The position numbers were made by a program, and so were the translations under genes. A stretch of 62,436 bases of DNA, counting the filler, from Anaerolineae bacterium (GTDB lineage Bacteria > Chloroflexota > Anaerolineae > Epilineales > Epilineaceae), in the NCBI GenBank assembly GCA_029262755.1. It is 8 parts of 8 records of this genome, joined end to end, with 100 filler letters (N's around TTAATTAATTAA, not from the genome) between each part and the next. Parts side by side here need not be neighbours in the genome. Positions count along the whole stretch, not along the records: positions 29,322 to 33,258 come from JAJCYU010000013.1; positions 33,359 to 42,369 come from JAJCYU010000014.1; 6 more parts are not named here. One strand, written 5' to 3'. Positions 29,322 through 41,700 of the stretch are shown in pieces. The notes beneath the pieces are model-generated. The model did no database searches, was not told the DNA's origin, and saw nothing but the letters and a program-made list of their open reading frames with translations. The first letter of the stretch is position 1, and every line of letters starts with the position of its first letter.

Positions 29322-32300
29322 CGGGGGGCGGGGCCCCTGCGCTCCGTGTCCGGGGTTCGCGCTCAGCCCGCCGCCGCCCGGCCCGTGGGTGGGGGGGACG
29401 CCGGCGCCGCCTCCGCCGCCGCCCCGGGTGGGCACGGCGGCCGCCACCAGGACGATCTCCCAGCTGTAGGTTGCATCGGCATCCAGCACGCGCGGCAGGC
29501 TCTCGAAGCGGTAGGCGCCCTGTGTGGCGGGGAAGGGCTCGCTGGAGAATACCGTCTCGCCGCTGTCGGGGTCCCGCAGGACCAAGATGGCGTCGGATCG
29601 CTCATCGGCCATCGCTTCGAAGCGCAGCTCGAGCGGCAGCCCGCGTTGCGGGACGCCCGGGGTGGCCGCGAGGCGCACGTCGCTGAGGTTGATCGCGCCG
29701 AGGTCGACCAGCTCGCCGGGCGCGACGGTGAGCGACGCGCTCTGCCAGCGCATGAGCAGCGGAAGGTCCGGCGGCAGCACCGCGTCCGGCGGCTTGACGA
29801 AGCGGACGGTGAATCGCGCTGTATCCGGCAGCCGGGGCAGGTCGCGGAAGTGGAAGCGGCCGTCCTCCTGAAGGCCTCCCTTGCGCACGGGTATCGACTG
29901 CAGGCCATCCTGCTGAACGAGGAGCAGCGAGAGATCGGGCAAGATGTCTATTGGGCGCATGGTTCTCCGGACCGTTGGCGCCCCCGCCACCAGCTGCCCG
30001 ACGATCCCTGTCGTGCCGGGCGGGAATGGCGTGGAGGTCGGCGTCGGCGGCGTGACTGGCGTTGCGAGCGTCGGCGTAGGTGGCACGGCGGGCGTGGGTG
30101 TCCGGGAGGGCGTGGCACCCGGTGTCGGCGTGTCATCCGGAGGCGGCGTGATGGCCCGCGGCTCCCGGCACATCGCGACTTGCGCGCCTTCGACGCGACG
30201 CACGGCGTCGTTGCCGGCCAGCCAGTCGGGGAGCTCCCAGATCGCCCGGCTGCCGGATTGATGGAGGCCGGCAGCGGATGCATGGAAGACGTTGCGGATC
30301 GCGGCGGCGACCGCCTCCGTCGGGCCCGGCGGGGCCTGGACGCTGGGTCGCCCGTTCGTGTCGAAGAGCAGGGCACCGTCGGGCGACCACGTCGGGTCGC
30401 GCTCGTCGCCGGGGCCGGCCGCGATGGCTCGCGCGCCGCTGCCGTCCGCCGCGACGACCCAGATGTCGCCCGCGCGGTCGGCGAAGCTCTCGCGCACGAA
30501 GGCGATCGTCGCGCCGTCCGGCGCCCAGGACGGGGCGCTCTCGTGGGTGCCCGGGGCGGCGAGCAACACGGCCGCCTCGGCGCCGGGGGTGGTGCCGATC
30601 ACGCACAGCTCGAACTGGCGCGCCACGTTGCAGGTGTAGGCGATCCGCGTGCCGTCCGGGGACCAGGCGGGGTGGCGATCCTCGAGGGGCGTCGTGGTCA
30701 GCTGGCGCGCGCCGCTGCCGTCGGCGTCGGCGATCCACAGGTCCCACTGGCCGCCTCGGTCGGCAGCGTAGGCAATGCGCGTTCCGTCCGGCGACCAGGC
30801 CGCGTCGAGCTCGCTCCACGCGGTGCTGGTGAGCCGGGTGGGGTTGCCGCCGTCGGCGTCGACGGTCCACAGGTCGAAGGGCGCTTCGATCTGGGCCGGG
30901 GCGGCAAGGTCATAGCGTCTGGCCGCGGCGCGGGTGCTCCGGTCGGGATCGGCGTCGATGGCGGCCACGTTCGAGCCAACGTCCGCAGCGTCGTCGGAAG
31001 CCTTGTCCTGCGCGCCGTCCGCGGCGTCGTCCGCCAGCGGGATGAAGGTCGGCGTCGGCGACACTGGCGGCGCCGTCGGGTCGATGACGCGCGTGGCGGT
31101 GGGCGTGGCCGGCAACGTGCGCCGGCCGCGGCTGAAGAGGATCTTGCGGCAGTCGGGGCTCCAGACCGGGTGCCACTCGTCCTCCGGGCCGCCGATGAGC
31201 ACGGACGCGCCCGTGCCGAAGCGGTTAGCTAAGAAGATGTCGAAGCGGCCCCTGGGTTCGTCCTGATGAACGTGGTCGGCCGATTGACGCTCACGCTGTG
31301 GGAATCCGGACGGTCGGAGCTCGTGCTGTCCGAGCCCCTGGCCCAGATCGTCCGCGCCGGCCGCGCGAGCGAAGGCCATTTGGACGGCGCCCTCCGAGCC
31401 TCCACCCAGTGTGGCGGTCGGGAGCACGGCGTCCGGATCGCCGAGGCGGGCGACGATGCCGTCGAAGCTGCCGCCGCCGTACGTGCTCTGCGGGGCGCCC
31501 GGGCTTGCAGGCCAGTCGTCGGAGGAGGTGAAGCCGGCCGCGACCACGTTCCCAGCGGGGTCCAGGACCAGATCCTTGAAGCCGTCGCCGGTCGAGCCGC
31601 CGACATAGGTGACCCACTCGAGCTCCCCGTGCTGCGGACTCAGGCGCGCGAGCAGCGCGTCGTAGCCATCGACCGGCCCATGGGTCGTGGCCTCCGGGGG
31701 CCACGTGCCGTCGATCCTCAGGCCGGAGACCAGCAGGCCGCCGGCGGCGTCGATGGCCACGCCCCGCAGCTCATCGGGCTCGGGTCCACCGACGTAGCCG
31801 AGGAGATCGAGCGTGTCCCCGGCGGCGTTTAGGCGCGCGACGAAGCCGTCCGTGAAGCCGCCCAACGTGGACTGGGTGCCCGCCGTCGTCGGCAGGTCGG
31901 TCGACTCGGTGAGGCCGACCAGGATCGTGCGGCCGGCGTCGTCGATCGCCAGGTCCCACCCGTTCTCGACACCTGTCCCGCCGACGAAGGTGGCGGCGAG
32001 CAACGTGGCGCCGTCCGCGGAGAGGCGGGCGAGGAAGCCGTCGTCGTCGCCGTGGTGCGTGGGCGGCCCCGCCGCGCCTTGCGCCGCGGGGAAGTCGGCG
32101 GAGGCGCTGCTGCCGCCCAGATGCACCACGCCGTCCGGCGCGACGGCCACTCCCTCGATGGCCTCCCAATCCGATCCGCCGAGGTAAGTCGACCAGGTCG
32201 CCTGCCCCGTGCCCAGATCGAGGCGGGTGACGAAGCCGTCCAAGGGCCCCGCGAGCCGGTCCTGCAGCGCCCCGACGAGCGGGAAGTCGCGGCTGGCGGT

Positions 32301-32948
32301 CTGGCCGACCACGACGGCCGCGCCGTCGGCATCGAGGGCCAGGCCGAAGGTCTGATCGTCGCTACGCCCGCCAAGGTAGGTGGCCCGCTCCAGCACGGCG
32401 CCCGAGGATGACAACACGGCGACAAAGGAGTCCCAGTTCCCGCCGCCGTGTTCGCCTTGCATCGCCCCGACGGTCGGGAAATCGGCCGACACCGTATGGC
32501 CGGCGATCACCGCTCGCCCGCCCGCGTCGACGGCGATGGCATAGCCGACGTCCCGCTCACCGCCACCCAGGTAGGTGCTGTAGACGATGCTGCGCCCGCC
32601 CGCGGCCAGCTTGGTCACGAAGGCATCGGACTCGCCGGCCATGCGCGCTTGGGCGGCGCCCACGACGGGAAATCCGTCGCCGTAGGTCTCGCCCGTCACG
32701 TAGATGGCGCCGGCGCTGTCGACGGCGACGTCGTGGATGAGGTCGCCGAAGCGGTGCGCGCCGCCGAGGTAGGTGGCGGCGAGGAGGTCGGGGGCGGCTA
32801 GGGGGGCGGCTGCGGCTTGGAGGGACGGCGAGCCGGAGAGGTTCCCCGCGTGCTCCGGCCCGGTCATCGAGGACACCGCCAGCAAGGCGCAGATCAGGAG
32901 CAGGAAGAGGACGGGCACGTTCGCACGGCGGGACCCGAGGTGGATCAT
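29322..32948 (-). CDS. Secreted SBBP beta-propeller + TolB/PD40-repeat protein, 3' partial
   Basis: Repeated YSTYLGG / DAFVTKL / SADFP (SBBP) and WSPDGTRIAY (PD40) units; PT linkers. Confidence 0.85.
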
Positions 32949-32995
32949 TGTGGCTCTCCCTTGCATCGTTGGGCGGATGAGCACCCGCCGGAGCC

Positions 32996-33258
32996 CTACT
33001 TTCTTGTCGTCGGCAGGTAGATGCGGCTCTGGGGAGGCGGATCGACCTGCGGCGTTGCGATCGGGGTCCCTTCCGTGGCAATAAAGGCGCCCTCGGTCGT
33101 GACTACGTCCGCAACGCCGTTCACATCCGTGACGATCGCGTCCTTGATGAGCAGATTGCTACCTCCAGGACCGATCGTCAGAAACGTTGCGCGGGCGAGT
33201 AGCCCGTCGTCCCCGGAGGCTTCCTCGTCACCATGGCTGTAAGCGCCAATGTCGATGC
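32996..33258 (-). CDS. C-terminal fragment of an exoprotein (cohesin-like) ending RIYLPTTRK*
   Basis: My translation: IDIGAYSHGDEEASGDDGLLARATFLTIGPGGSNLLIKDAIVTDVNG...RIYLPTTRK*. Not in the ORF track. Confidence 0.6.
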
Positions 33259-33358
33259 NNNNNNNNNNNNNNNNNNNNNNNNNNNNNNNNNNNNNNNNNN
33301 NNTTAATTAATTAANNNNNNNNNNNNNNNNNNNNNNNNNNNNNNNNNNNNNNNNNNNN

Positions 33359-33518
33359 CGCCGCCGGCGCCGAGCTCGAGCACGCGTAGCGGCCCATCGC
33401 GCAGCGGGGCCGCTGCCACGATCGCGTCCGCTCGCTCCCGCTGCGATGCGTCAACGGGGCCCATCGCCACCCCGGACCATCGAGCCTGCAGTTCGTAGAA
33501 CTCCGCTACCCATTCCAT
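33359..33518 (-). CDS. Class I SAM-dependent methyltransferase, N-terminal fragment
   Basis: LRVLELGAGG (motif I) at the contig edge. Confidence 0.7.
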
Positions 33519-33607
33519 AGCTCAGATCCCATTCGTGGTGGACCATAGGCAGCGCACTGCGCGCAAGGTCGCCGAATCATTTCCGCGAAGAATGGCACGA
33601 ACGATGT

Positions 33608-34648
33608 ATGGTGGGGAGGAGAGCGCGTTGCGCACACAGTGCGACCGGTACGTGCGAATCCGTTCGCGAGACGCCGTACCGGGACGTCCCGAACGGACGT
33701 CCGAGACCCCGGCCCTATCCCCTTCACGATGACTCTGCTACCCATTGCCCTTCGTTGTGCGCGATCCGAAGCACCCTTGCGTGCCGGACTGCGATTACCG
33801 CTCCCCGCTCCGCCCCCGAGGCCCGCCCCATCGTCCGTCTGCAGTTCGAGCTCGCCCGTCTCGCGTTTCGGCGTCACCTCGCCTATCGCGCGGCGGCGTT
33901 GGCTGGGTTGGCCACGAACTTCTTCTTCGGGCTGTTGCGCGCTGCCGTCATGGTGGCGTTGTACGGTACGCGCGAGCAGATGCAGGGGATCTCGCTGGAG
34001 GGCGCAATCACGTTTACGGGCTTGTCGCAGGCCGTCATCGGTCCGTTGGCGCTCTTCTCCTGGTTCGAGGTGACCCGCGCCGTGTACAGCGGCGAGATCG
34101 CCGCCGATCTGCTCAAACCCATGGGCTATTACAGCTCGTGGCTGGCGCGCGACGCCGGTCGTGCCGGGGCGGCCTTCGTATGGCGCTCGGCGACGATCTT
34201 GTTGGCCTACGTGCTGATGTTCCGTTGGATCGCCCCGCCCGGCGCGAACTTCGTGACGCCCGCCGATGCCACGGCCTGGCTCGCCGTCCTTCTCGCGGCG
34301 CTGCTCGCATGGTGGATCAGCTTCAGCTGGCGCTTTCTGGCCAACGTTGCTGCCTTCTGGACGCCCGATGCGCAGGGCATCGTGCGCTTGGCGTTTATCT
34401 TCAGCTGGTTCGCCTCCGGTTTCATCATGCCGCTGCGCTTCTACCCGGATTGGGTCGTGCGCCTGTGCATGCTCACGCCCTTCCCGCACACCGTCAACAC
34501 CGTGGTGGAGATCTACCTCGGCCTGCTGGATGGCCCCGCGATGCTCGCCGCGCTCGCGTCGCAGCTCGCGTGGGGCGTCGCGCTCACGGCTGCATGCATG
34601 CTCGCCCTGCGCGCCGGTGTACGCCGGCTCGTGATCCTCGGCGGATGA
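33608..34648 (+). CDS. ABC-2-type permease (DUF990-like); true start probably near 33830
   Basis: LAFRRHLAYR, SGEIAADLLKP, SGFIMPLRFYP, LVILGG*. Confidence 0.82.
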   Translation: MVGRRARCAHSATGTCESVRETPYRDVPNGRPRPRPYPLHDDSATHCPSLCAIRSTLACRTAITAPRSAPEARPIVRLQFELARLAFRRHLAYRAAALAGLATNFFFGLLRAAVMVALYGTREQMQGISLEGAITFTGLSQAVIGPLALFSWFEVTRAVYSGEIAADLLKPMGYYSSWLARDAGRAGAAFVWRSATILLAYVLMFRWIAPPGANFVTPADATAWLAVLLAALLAWWISFSWRFLANVAAFWTPDAQGIVRLAFIFSWFASGFIMPLRFYPDWVVRLCMLTPFPHTVNTVVEIYLGLLDGPAMLAALASQLAWGVALTAACMLALRAGVRRLVILGG

Positions 34649-35529
34649 GCGGACCCATGGTCGAGCCCCAGACGCGCCCCGGCGAGGGTATGGCCGACGC
34701 AGCGTTTGCGTCCATGGAGCCGCGCGTGGAGTTCGGCCTATATCGGCGGCTGCTCGGCGCGACGCTGCGCTCGATGATGCAGTACCGGGTCTCCTTCGCG
34801 ATGCAGCTGGTATCCGCCAGCTTGATCACCTTCGTCGAGTTCGCCGCGCTCGTGCTCGTGTTGCAGCGTTTCGACGGCGTGGGCGGCTGGTCGATCGGCG
34901 AGGTCGCGATCCTATACGGGCTCGTCGCGGCCTCCTTCAAGCTCGTCGAGACCGTGGCCTCCGGCTTCGACCCCCACGACTTCGGCGACAATGTGCGCCT
35001 CGGTCGCTTCGACCAGGTGCTGCTGCGGCCCGCGGGGCTGTTCACGCAGGTTCTCGCCTCGAAATTCGACCTGCACCGCATCGGACAGGTTGCCGAAGGG
35101 CTCGCCATTCTGGCCATCGGCATGGCGCTGTCCGGCGTGGACTGGACGCCGGCCAAGCTGGCCTACCTACCCGTGGTCTTCATCGGCCAGATGGCGTTTT
35201 TCTTCGGCCTGTACTTGATCGGCTCGACGGTCACCTTCTGGACCGTGGACGCCATCGAGGCGATGAACATGCTGACCTATGGCGGGCAGGAGATGATGAG
35301 CTACCCCATGCACATCTATCAGCCCTGGCTGCGGCGCACCTTCACCTACATCGTGCCGGCCATCTTCCTCAACTACTACCCTGCCCTCTACTTGCTCGAC
35401 CGGACCGATCCGCTTGGCATGCCCGTGTGGTCGCCCTTCGCCGCGCCCGTGGTGGGCCTGGCAGTCCTCGCGTTGGCGATGCGCTTCTGGCGTTTCGGCC
35501 TGCGCCACTACCAGAGCACGGGGAGCTGA
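34645..35529 (+). CDS. ABC-2-type permease (DUF990-like)
   Basis: MQYRVSF, GRFDQVLLRP, YPMHIY, YQSTGS*; ATGA overlap with the previous gene. Confidence 0.88.
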   Translation: MSGPMVEPQTRPGEGMADAAFASMEPRVEFGLYRRLLGATLRSMMQYRVSFAMQLVSASLITFVEFAALVLVLQRFDGVGGWSIGEVAILYGLVAASFKLVETVASGFDPHDFGDNVRLGRFDQVLLRPAGLFTQVLASKFDLHRIGQVAEGLAILAIGMALSGVDWTPAKLAYLPVVFIGQMAFFFGLYLIGSTVTFWTVDAIEAMNMLTYGGQEMMSYPMHIYQPWLRRTFTYIVPAIFLNYYPALYLLDRTDPLGMPVWSPFAAPVVGLAVLALAMRFWRFGLRHYQSTGS

Positions 35530-35531
35530 CG

Positions 35532-36605
35532 ATGCACGATGCGCCCGATCCGATCATCCGGGTCACGCACCTGGCCAAGCACTTCCGCGTGCGCAAGCAC
35601 CACACGGGGCGTCTGGGCTGGTTGCGCGACCTCACCACGCGCGAGCACCGCGAGGTGCGCGCCGTCGATGACCTCTCCTTCGACGTCGATGCCGGCGAGC
35701 TCGTGGGCTACCTGGGCCCCAACGGAGCGGGCAAGTCGACCACGATCAAGATGCTCACCGGCCTGCTGGTGCCCACGTCCGGCGACCTGCGCGTGGCCGG
35801 CCGCCTGCCCTGGCGCGAGCGCCGCCGTCACGTGGCGGGCCTGGGCGCCGTCTTCGGCCAACGCACGACGCTGTGGTGGGACCTACCCGTCATCGAGTCG
35901 CTCTCCCTCCTACGCCACGTCTACCGTGTGCCCGAGGCGCGCTGGCGCAGCAACTTGGGCGACTTCCGCGCGTTGCTCGACCTCGACCCCTTCATCGACA
36001 CGCCGGTGCGCCAGCTTTCGCTCGGCCAACGCATGCGCGCCGACCTGGCCGCCGCCCTGTTGCACGACCCGCCGCTGCTCTTCCTGGACGAGCCGACGAT
36101 CGGCCTCGACGTGGTGGCCAAGGACCGCATCCGCCGCTTCATCCGCCACGTCAACGCCGAGCGCGGCACGACGGTCCTGCTGACCACCCACGACCTCTCC
36201 GACGTCGAGAAGCTCTGCCGCCGTGTGATGATCATCGATCACGGCAAGCTCCTCTACGACGGCACGCTCGCCGACCTGCGCACCCGCTTCGGCGGCAGGC
36301 GCGAGCTGATCGTGGACTTGGCGCCGGACGCCGATCTCGACCTCACGTCGCTGGACCTGCCGCCCGGCCTGCCCCCGGACGCCGTCGAGCTCGCCGGCCG
36401 CGACGGGCCACGCTGGAGGCTGGCCTTCGACCGCGACGCGCTGAGCGCGAGCGCGCTCATCACGGCCCTGAGCGCCGAGGTCCCGATCCGCGACCTCGAG
36501 GTCCGCGAGCCGGACATCGAGGCCACGGTGCGGCGGATTTATGAGGAGCGGTTGTTGGAGGGGGGCGGGGTGGAGGCCGGAGACGCCGATGGGATTGTGT
36601 CCTAA
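35532..36605 (+). CDS. ABC transporter ATP-binding protein
   Basis: GPNGAGKST, LSLGQRMR, FLDEPTIGLD, LTTHD. Confidence 0.93.
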   Translation: MHDAPDPIIRVTHLAKHFRVRKHHTGRLGWLRDLTTREHREVRAVDDLSFDVDAGELVGYLGPNGAGKSTTIKMLTGLLVPTSGDLRVAGRLPWRERRRHVAGLGAVFGQRTTLWWDLPVIESLSLLRHVYRVPEARWRSNLGDFRALLDLDPFIDTPVRQLSLGQRMRADLAAALLHDPPLLFLDEPTIGLDVVAKDRIRRFIRHVNAERGTTVLLTTHDLSDVEKLCRRVMIIDHGKLLYDGTLADLRTRFGGRRELIVDLAPDADLDLTSLDLPPGLPPDAVELAGRDGPRWRLAFDRDALSASALITALSAEVPIRDLEVREPDIEATVRRIYEERLLEGGGVEAGDADGIVS

Positions 36606-36710
36606 CGCTGGCGTCGCGCTGGCGTGGGATATCCTCCCTGGGACCAAGCCATAGACATATACTGAATTGAGTGCAATCCCCTGCGCATCACGATTCCTCG
36701 AGGGTACACC

Positions 36711-37418
36711 ATGACCGTGACGCCTCATGTGACCGCCCGAAACACCGAGCCCTTCGTCTGGCCTCGCCAGGGTGAATGGACCTACGAGGATTGGCTGCGC
36801 CTGCCCGACGACGGCTGGCGCTACGAAGTGATCCGAGGGGTCCTGTACATGTCGCCCGTACCGACGATTCGGCATCAACGGGGCTCGCGCGAGCTTTTCC
36901 TCCGTATTCACGAGCATGTGACCACCCTTGGCGGCGAAGTCCTCTTCGCGCCGGTCGTTGTCTTCCTGCCCGGCGAAACGACGCCCGTCGAGCCGGACTT
37001 GATCGCGCTCGCGCCGGGTCGTGAGGAAATCGTGGAGCGCAACGGCATCCACGGCGCGCCCGACCTGCTCGTCGAGAACCTCTCACCCAGCACCCGCTGG
37101 CACGACCGGCGCATCAAGCTGCCCCTCTTCGCTGAAGCCGGCGTGCGCGAGACGTGGCTGGTCGACCCCGAGGCACACACGATCAGCGTCTTCGCGCTGC
37201 CGATGGAGGGCGAAGGCGAAGCGCAGCCCGAGCGGCGACACTTGGAGTCCGAGGTTGCGCCGCGCTACGAGCGGGCGCGGGTGTATGGCGCGGGCGAGCG
37301 TGCGCAGTCGGTCGTTTTCGACGGGCTCGCGGTCGAGGTGGATGGGGTGCTCGGGCGACTGACTGGGGTGTTACCTCCGGACGTCGATCGAGATGACCAT
37401 CATCGACATCTGGAATAG
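36711..37418 (+). CDS. Uma2/DUF820 endonuclease
   Basis: RYEVIRGVL, HQ, VEPDL, GAPDLLVENLSPST, KLPLFAEAGVRETWLVDP. Confidence 0.9.
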   Translation: MTVTPHVTARNTEPFVWPRQGEWTYEDWLRLPDDGWRYEVIRGVLYMSPVPTIRHQRGSRELFLRIHEHVTTLGGEVLFAPVVVFLPGETTPVEPDLIALAPGREEIVERNGIHGAPDLLVENLSPSTRWHDRRIKLPLFAEAGVRETWLVDPEAHTISVFALPMEGEGEAQPERRHLESEVAPRYERARVYGAGERAQSVVFDGLAVEVDGVLGRLTGVLPPDVDRDDHHRHLE

Positions 37419-37845
37419 AAGTGCGAAAACGGATGAGCGCGTTCGTTGGATCAGGACGGCAGAAGTTCGGGGGCGCGGGCGGCCCAGCGCTCGGCGAGCC
37501 ACTCGGCGCTCCAGTTGATCACGCCAATCGGATCGAGATAGCGGAAAAGCAAGGGGATAACGCCATCCACGATCATCGGCGGCTCACCGGTCGGAGGGGC
37601 GCTCGGCCCGCTATCATTCACAAAGGGTCGATTGCGGTGCAAGCGTACCGGCCAAGAGGTGATCATGGCTCTATGGAGACTGAAGACGACATCAGAGTCC
37701 GCGAGCTCGGAAGATGAACTCCATCCTAGCGCTGAGCGTTTGCGGATGGCTTTCGCTTTGTATGAAGCCGGAGTAGATCTCAAGCGGCAGCAACTCTGGC
37801 CAATCTCTAGGCGCATATCCAATTCGAAGTGACTATACTAGGTTC

Positions 37846-38142
37846 ATGATTCAGACTAATCTGAGCCACGCAAAGAAGCACTTGAGCGAGCTCATCGCGC
37901 GCGTCGCGGCTGGAGAGTCGGTGATCGTCACCAAGCGCGGCAAGCCCGTGGCGCGCATTGAGCCCATCGGCACCGTCGATGTCGGCGGCGATGAGGCGGT
38001 CGTCGCGGAGCTCGCGGCCCTCGGGCTGCTGCGGCAGCCGCCTGATCCGGGCGCCGAGCGCCTGGTCGAGCCGCCCGTCGAGCTCGACCAGGGCGTGAGC
38101 GTGCTCGAAGCGTTGCTCGAAGAGCGCGAGGCGGGCTGGTGA
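37846..38142 (+). CDS. Phd/YefM-family antitoxin
   Basis: AKKHLSELIARVAAGESVIVTKRGKPVARI. Confidence 0.9.
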   Translation: MIQTNLSHAKKHLSELIARVAAGESVIVTKRGKPVARIEPIGTVDVGGDEAVVAELAALGLLRQPPDPGAERLVEPPVELDQGVSVLEALLEEREAGW

Positions 38143-38573
38143 GGTTCTGGGATACTTCCGCGATCGTGCCGCTGATCGTGCGTGAAGCAACGTCGGAGGA
38201 TCTGCGAGGGCTGTACCGCGAGGAACCGCTCAACGTGGTTTGGTGGGGTACTCCCGCAGAGTGCGCATCCGCGATCGGCCGGCGCGAGCGCGACGGCGCG
38301 ATGTCGCTGCCACAGGCGACGGAAACCCTACGCCAACTCGATGCACTGGCGCGCTCGTGGGTCGAGGTCCAGCCTGTCGCCCCGCTGCGCGACCGTGCGC
38401 GTCGCCTGCTGCGCGTGCACTCCCTACGAGCCGCCGACGCGCTGCAACTCGCCGCCGCGCTCGCGGTCGGTGACGAAGCGCCCGACATGGAGTTCATGAG
38501 CCTCGACCGCCGCCTCGTCGAGGCCGCACAGCGCGAGGGGCTCCAGACAGCGACGTGGCCGGACCCGGGCTGA
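38139..38573 (+). CDS. vapC: VapC-type PIN toxin
   Basis: FWDTSAIVPL, LRAADALQLAAA, SLDRRL; GTGA overlap with the antitoxin. Confidence 0.9.
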   Translation: MRFWDTSAIVPLIVREATSEDLRGLYREEPLNVVWWGTPAECASAIGRRERDGAMSLPQATETLRQLDALARSWVEVQPVAPLRDRARRLLRVHSLRAADALQLAAALAVGDEAPDMEFMSLDRRLVEAAQREGLQTATWPDPG

Positions 38574-38710
38574 GCGCCGAACGCGGAGTGCCGGACTCCG
38601 GACGTTGACGGTCGAACGCCGGTTGCTGAACGCCGGTCTCCAACGGCCGATCGCCAGCCTTCGAGCTACGTTGGTTGAACCCCCCCGGTGATCCCTCTCC
38701 ACCGCTCGCG

Positions 38711-41700
38711 CTAGCGCCCCGGTCCCCGCACGACCCGCGGCAGCCACACCGTCAGCGGGCCTGGCGCACCCGGTGCCGCAACCGGCGGCGTGATCCGCAG
38801 CTCCACGCTCGCCGCAGTCTGCGCGCCCGACGGGTCGCCCGCGCCGCCGCCGCCGTCGCCCGGATCGTTCACCTCAAGCGTCACTAGCAGCCCCCCCGGC
38901 TCCGCGCGTTCCAGCAGCGCCGCATCCACAATCAGCGTCTGCGTGACCAGCACGCTGGGTCCGTCCCATGCGTCGACCAATCGCCGCCCGGCGACATCGA
39001 GGCGCACGCCGCCCTCGACGCGCAGCGCGAAAGTCCACGGGCCAGGGCGTGCTGGCAGGTAGCGGGTGAGGCGAGCGGACCAGCCGTCGGGAGGGAGTTG
39101 GGGCAGCCACGGTGGGCTGTCGGATTCTGGGACTGGCCCCGGAGGGCCGAGACCCCAGTCCAGGTTCAGGTCGAGGGAATCCCCCGAGCCATGGTGCTCC
39201 ACGGCGTGCGGCCAATTCGAGAGCCAGCGATCTGCAAAGTAAGTAGAACGCCACTGACGGGGTGGCGACGGGCCATAGATCGCAATGTCTTTGTCGAAGG
39301 ACGCGACACGCAGCATTCGGCCCTGCGGGTCGAGGTCGACGTGACCCATCCCATCCATGTGATCGACGAGTGTGCCGTCGGGAAGGAAGCGCAGGGTCTC
39401 ACCTGCTTCGGTGCTGCTTAGGAAGAGTGTGTCATCGGGGCCGGATGCCAGGTCGAGGTTCCTTGCGCTGTCTTCGATCAACCAGTCGATGTCTCCCATG
39501 TCGAAAGCGAGCTGGGGCACGGGTTCCCACGCGGCTTCGGGTTGGTTGTTGCGGTCGAGTACGGCGATTCGCAACGCGAGCATACTCGGCACCGTCGCGT
39601 CGGGGACGAGGTAGAGCATCGCAAAGCGTCCATCAGACAGGCTTGCGACATCGATGGGCCCGGTGTGGATTTCCAGATCTAGGGCAACGTCAATGGAGCG
39701 AAGATAGCCGCCAGACGCTGTGAGCACGTCGACTCGCTGCTGGGCAGGGACTGCGGCGAGGACCTCGAGGTGTTCGGCCGTCGCACGCCCTGCGAAGGCG
39801 GAGTAGATGTCCGGAAGCATACGAGTCGCTCCCTCCGCACCCCGTCGATCCCACGCGCTGATGCGGGGCCTTGGCCAAATGGACGCTACTAGCAGGCGTT
39901 CCGGTCGGAGCGACGCCAGGGCATACACGGGTGGAAGAATTTCGCTGCTTGGCACGTGCAGGGATGTCGGACGGGCGGGTCGATGCCTCCGATCGCTTGG
40001 CCGATCCCGCGAAGCTTGCTGATGGGAGAGAAACGTCTCCTCCATAGCGCGCAGCACCCCGTCCCCAACGATGCCATCGATAGCATAGGTACCCAGCGGG
40101 ATCCCGTCCTGGTCGTAGCGCAACAGTGCCCCACGGTCATCGAGACTCACGATCTCACCATCAGGTTGAAACGCGGCGATCACCGGGCCGCTGATGTCGA
40201 GAAGGGATCGATCGTGCCAGAGGGGAAAGGGCTCCTCGCCCCAACTTGCCAAGAGCCTGCCGTCCAGCGTGAAGCGTTGGATGCGACGCGTAGCTGCATC
40301 GGCGACGTACAGGCTTTGATCCGGCCCCACGACCACGGCCGTTGGTCTGGAGAAGGCGCCGATCCCCGAACCACGCCGTCCCCACCGGGCCAGGGTCCTG
40401 CCATCCGGCGCAAGCACGTGGACGGGCCCGCAGTCGATGTCCAGGACGACGATCGCGAAGACCTCGTCGAAGAGTTTCGGCGCCGCGATGACCTCCAAGG
40501 CCGACAGTCCGTAGATCGCGCCTTGGTCACCCTCGCAGGACCCCGAACCAGAGGTCCCAGCAGCACGGAGCAACTGCCAAACCGATTCCTTGCGCTGCCA
40601 GATGCCCTTTGCGTTTGCGGCCAGCAGCTTGTCGTCGGGCGTGAAGGCCAATGCAGAGGCCGAGTCTTTAGGCAGTGCGGTCGTTCGGATGACGGCGCCC
40701 GAGGCATCAAAAGTCTGGATGCGGTCATTCCCCTCGTCCACGATCCATAGGTCACCGGATCGCGACACCGCAATATCGCCGGGACCATCATCCATTCCGA
40801 CGAGGATCTCATCCGGGCTCGAGGCGAATTGACCTCGCTCTGAGCCAGGGCCACCCCAGGGCTTCAACCACGTGCCTTGCGCGCTCCGTCGCAAGACATG
40901 GTGCCCCGCGGGATCGGAGAGGTAGGTGGTGCCATCGTGTCCGATGGCGAGGCCATGTGCTTGCGGAAATAGACCAGAACCGAAGGCCATACTGCTGATC
41001 CGTCCCTCGCCACGCCCAAGCCCTCCCCATTGCTCGATCGGCGTTCCATCGGGATCGAATGTCGTCACCGCGCCTTCTGCCTCATCGAAGACCAACAGGT
41101 TGCCCTCCGGGGTGAGGGCCATATCACCCGGCATGCCGATCCTATCGTCGGCCACTCCCCAAGCTCCCCATTGCCAGGCGGGATCACCGTCCCGCTGTAT
41201 TGTTGTGACGCGCCCCCCGTCTCCTTGGACGATGACCGGCGCACCCGCCGGTAGGATCGCCAGACCATCGGGATAGGGTTGGATCGGCGAGCGCTGGAGT
41301 TCGAATAGAGGGTCTTGCGGTAGCCCACCTGGCCATGGCCAGGCGTCCAGGAAGAGACCGTCCGGGCTGAAGCGTTGTACGATGGCATTGTTCTGCGCCA
41401 AGACATGGACGGCGCCAGCGGGGCCGAGGGCGATATGACTGGCACCGACCAAGCGGTCGTTCGCGGAGTCGAAGGGCCAGCGCTGGGATGTGCCATTCGC
41501 CGACAGCCGCCACACACGTTCGGAGGCGCGATTGGTGAGTACGAAGAGATCCGCGGACTCGGGATCGACCACCATGTCCAAGACCGCGCCCGACCAAGGA
41601 TTGATGCCCTCTTCGCGCAGTCCCGTACGGTCGTAGCGAATCACGAATGGCGACTGCATCACATACACGCTGCCATCAGGAGCTGCAGCGAGCGCCGCAC

